The position numbers and the translations under genes are program-made. A DNA stretch of 64,000 nucleotides from an uncultured Candidatus Saccharibacteria bacterium. GTDB taxonomy: Bacteria; Patescibacteriota; Minisyncoccia; Phycocordibacterales; CAIZLB01. Position 1 is the first letter of the stretch. Each line of letters starts with the position of its first letter. Where the stretch lies: the NCBI GenBank assembly GCA_964550955.1, contig CAZKAF010000001.1, positions 99,951-163,950 on the forward strand, in the 5' to 3' direction. The notes under the pieces are model-generated. The model had not been told where the DNA came from, made no database searches, and saw nothing but the letters and a program-made list of their open reading frames with translations. Shown here in pieces: positions 63,759 through 64,000 of the stretch.

Positions 63759-64000
63759 ATGAAAACGACAACAACATTTCTCTTGGCCGGTCTCGCGCTC
63801 GTTCTCCCCGCGATAACGTCTGCCGCAGTTTATCAATACGTTGACACGTCGGGCTTCGTTCGATCGCTTGAAGCCGTAAATGCGGAAGACGCGCTTCGAA
63901 GAGTTCCAGCCCTAGGCGGCGATCCAAGAACTGGCGTAATGCTTTATTCCGGAACGGTCCAGAATGGCGGCCCGACTTCGGCTACCGGATTGTACGGCTA
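63759..64000 (+). CDS. 3'-truncated secreted protein (runs off window)
   Basis: Signal peptide MKTTTTFLLAGLALVLPAITSA. Confidence 0.4.
   Translation, partial: MKTTTTFLLAGLALVLPAITSAAVYQYVDTSGFVRSLEAVNAEDALRRVPALGGDPRTGVMLYSGTVQNGGPTSATGLYG

Noticed and set aside
1-64000. CRISPR arrays, rRNA genes, transposase/IS elements
   Set aside because: No short regularly spaced direct repeats with spacers, no rRNA-like conserved segments and no DDE-transposase ORFs were found on either strand. The only mobile elements recognised are the DGR, the group I intron and the serine-recombinase island.

Overview
This 64-kb window is a gene-dense bacterial segment of about 55% GC. Its small genes, type IV pilin, surface proteins with peptidoglycan-binding domains and retroelement are consistent with an uncultivated CPR/Patescibacteria-like organism, though phylum cannot be proven from sequence alone. 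The window also holds one AT-rich island of about 8.2 kb.

The feature I rate most noteworthy is a complete diversity-generating retroelement (DGR) at 35.4-38.2 kb. A target gene carries a 3' variable repeat (VR, 36181-36300). A non-coding template repeat (TR, 36668-36787) lies about 490 bp downstream and differs from the VR at roughly 25 positions, each of which is an adenine in the TR and mostly in AAC codons. An Avd four-helix-bundle gene sits on the opposite strand between TR and RT, and a reverse transcriptase with a YADD box follows. A G13 homopolymer lies in the avd/RT divergent promoter. A near-consensus TTGACA-N18-TATAAT promoter and a 14-bp-stem hairpin lie upstream of the target. 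Two paralogous Tyr/Gly/Gln-rich secreted proteins follow the RT.

A tRNA gene at 44051-44559 is interrupted in the anticodon loop by a group I intron of about 435 nt; the conserved R (UCAGAGACUA) and S (GAUAUAGUCC) elements are visible. The 3' end of this tRNA is the attachment site of an integrated element (44542-52710) bounded by a 20-bp direct repeat. The element carries a large serine recombinase whose last codons overlap the tRNA end, a small ribbon-helix-helix ORF absent from the ORF track, an excisionase-type HTH gene, an OLD-family ABC-ATPase/TOPRIM nuclease that is likely anti-phage, and three overlapping unknown genes.

Features elsewhere in the window:
- **Restriction-modification module:** a BglII-like restriction endonuclease divergent from a C5-cytosine methyltransferase, next to a PIN plus zinc-ribbon protein.
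- **Surface-polysaccharide locus:** a large locus with an MBOAT/DltB-like acyltransferase, a DltD-like partner, several glycosyltransferases, a Wzm/Wzt-type ABC exporter and a candidate GT-C membrane protein.
- **c-di-AMP synthesis:** a CdaA diadenylate cyclase fused to YbbR (CdaR-like) domains.
- **Metalloproteinase-inhibitor-like protein:** a secreted protein with a TIMP-like mature N-terminus 'CSC'.
- **Stress module:** a PadR regulator upstream of a PspC-domain protein.
- **Housekeeping genes:** RarA, an HD-domain dGTPase-like hydrolase, a NUDIX hydrolase and a DedA-family membrane protein.
- **Conserved intergenic element:** a thrice-repeated unit (a 28-bp perfect palindrome plus a 35-nt motif ending exactly 18 nt before the start codon) upstream of three small genes at 53.4, 55.1 and 59.0 kb.

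No CRISPR array or rRNA gene was seen.
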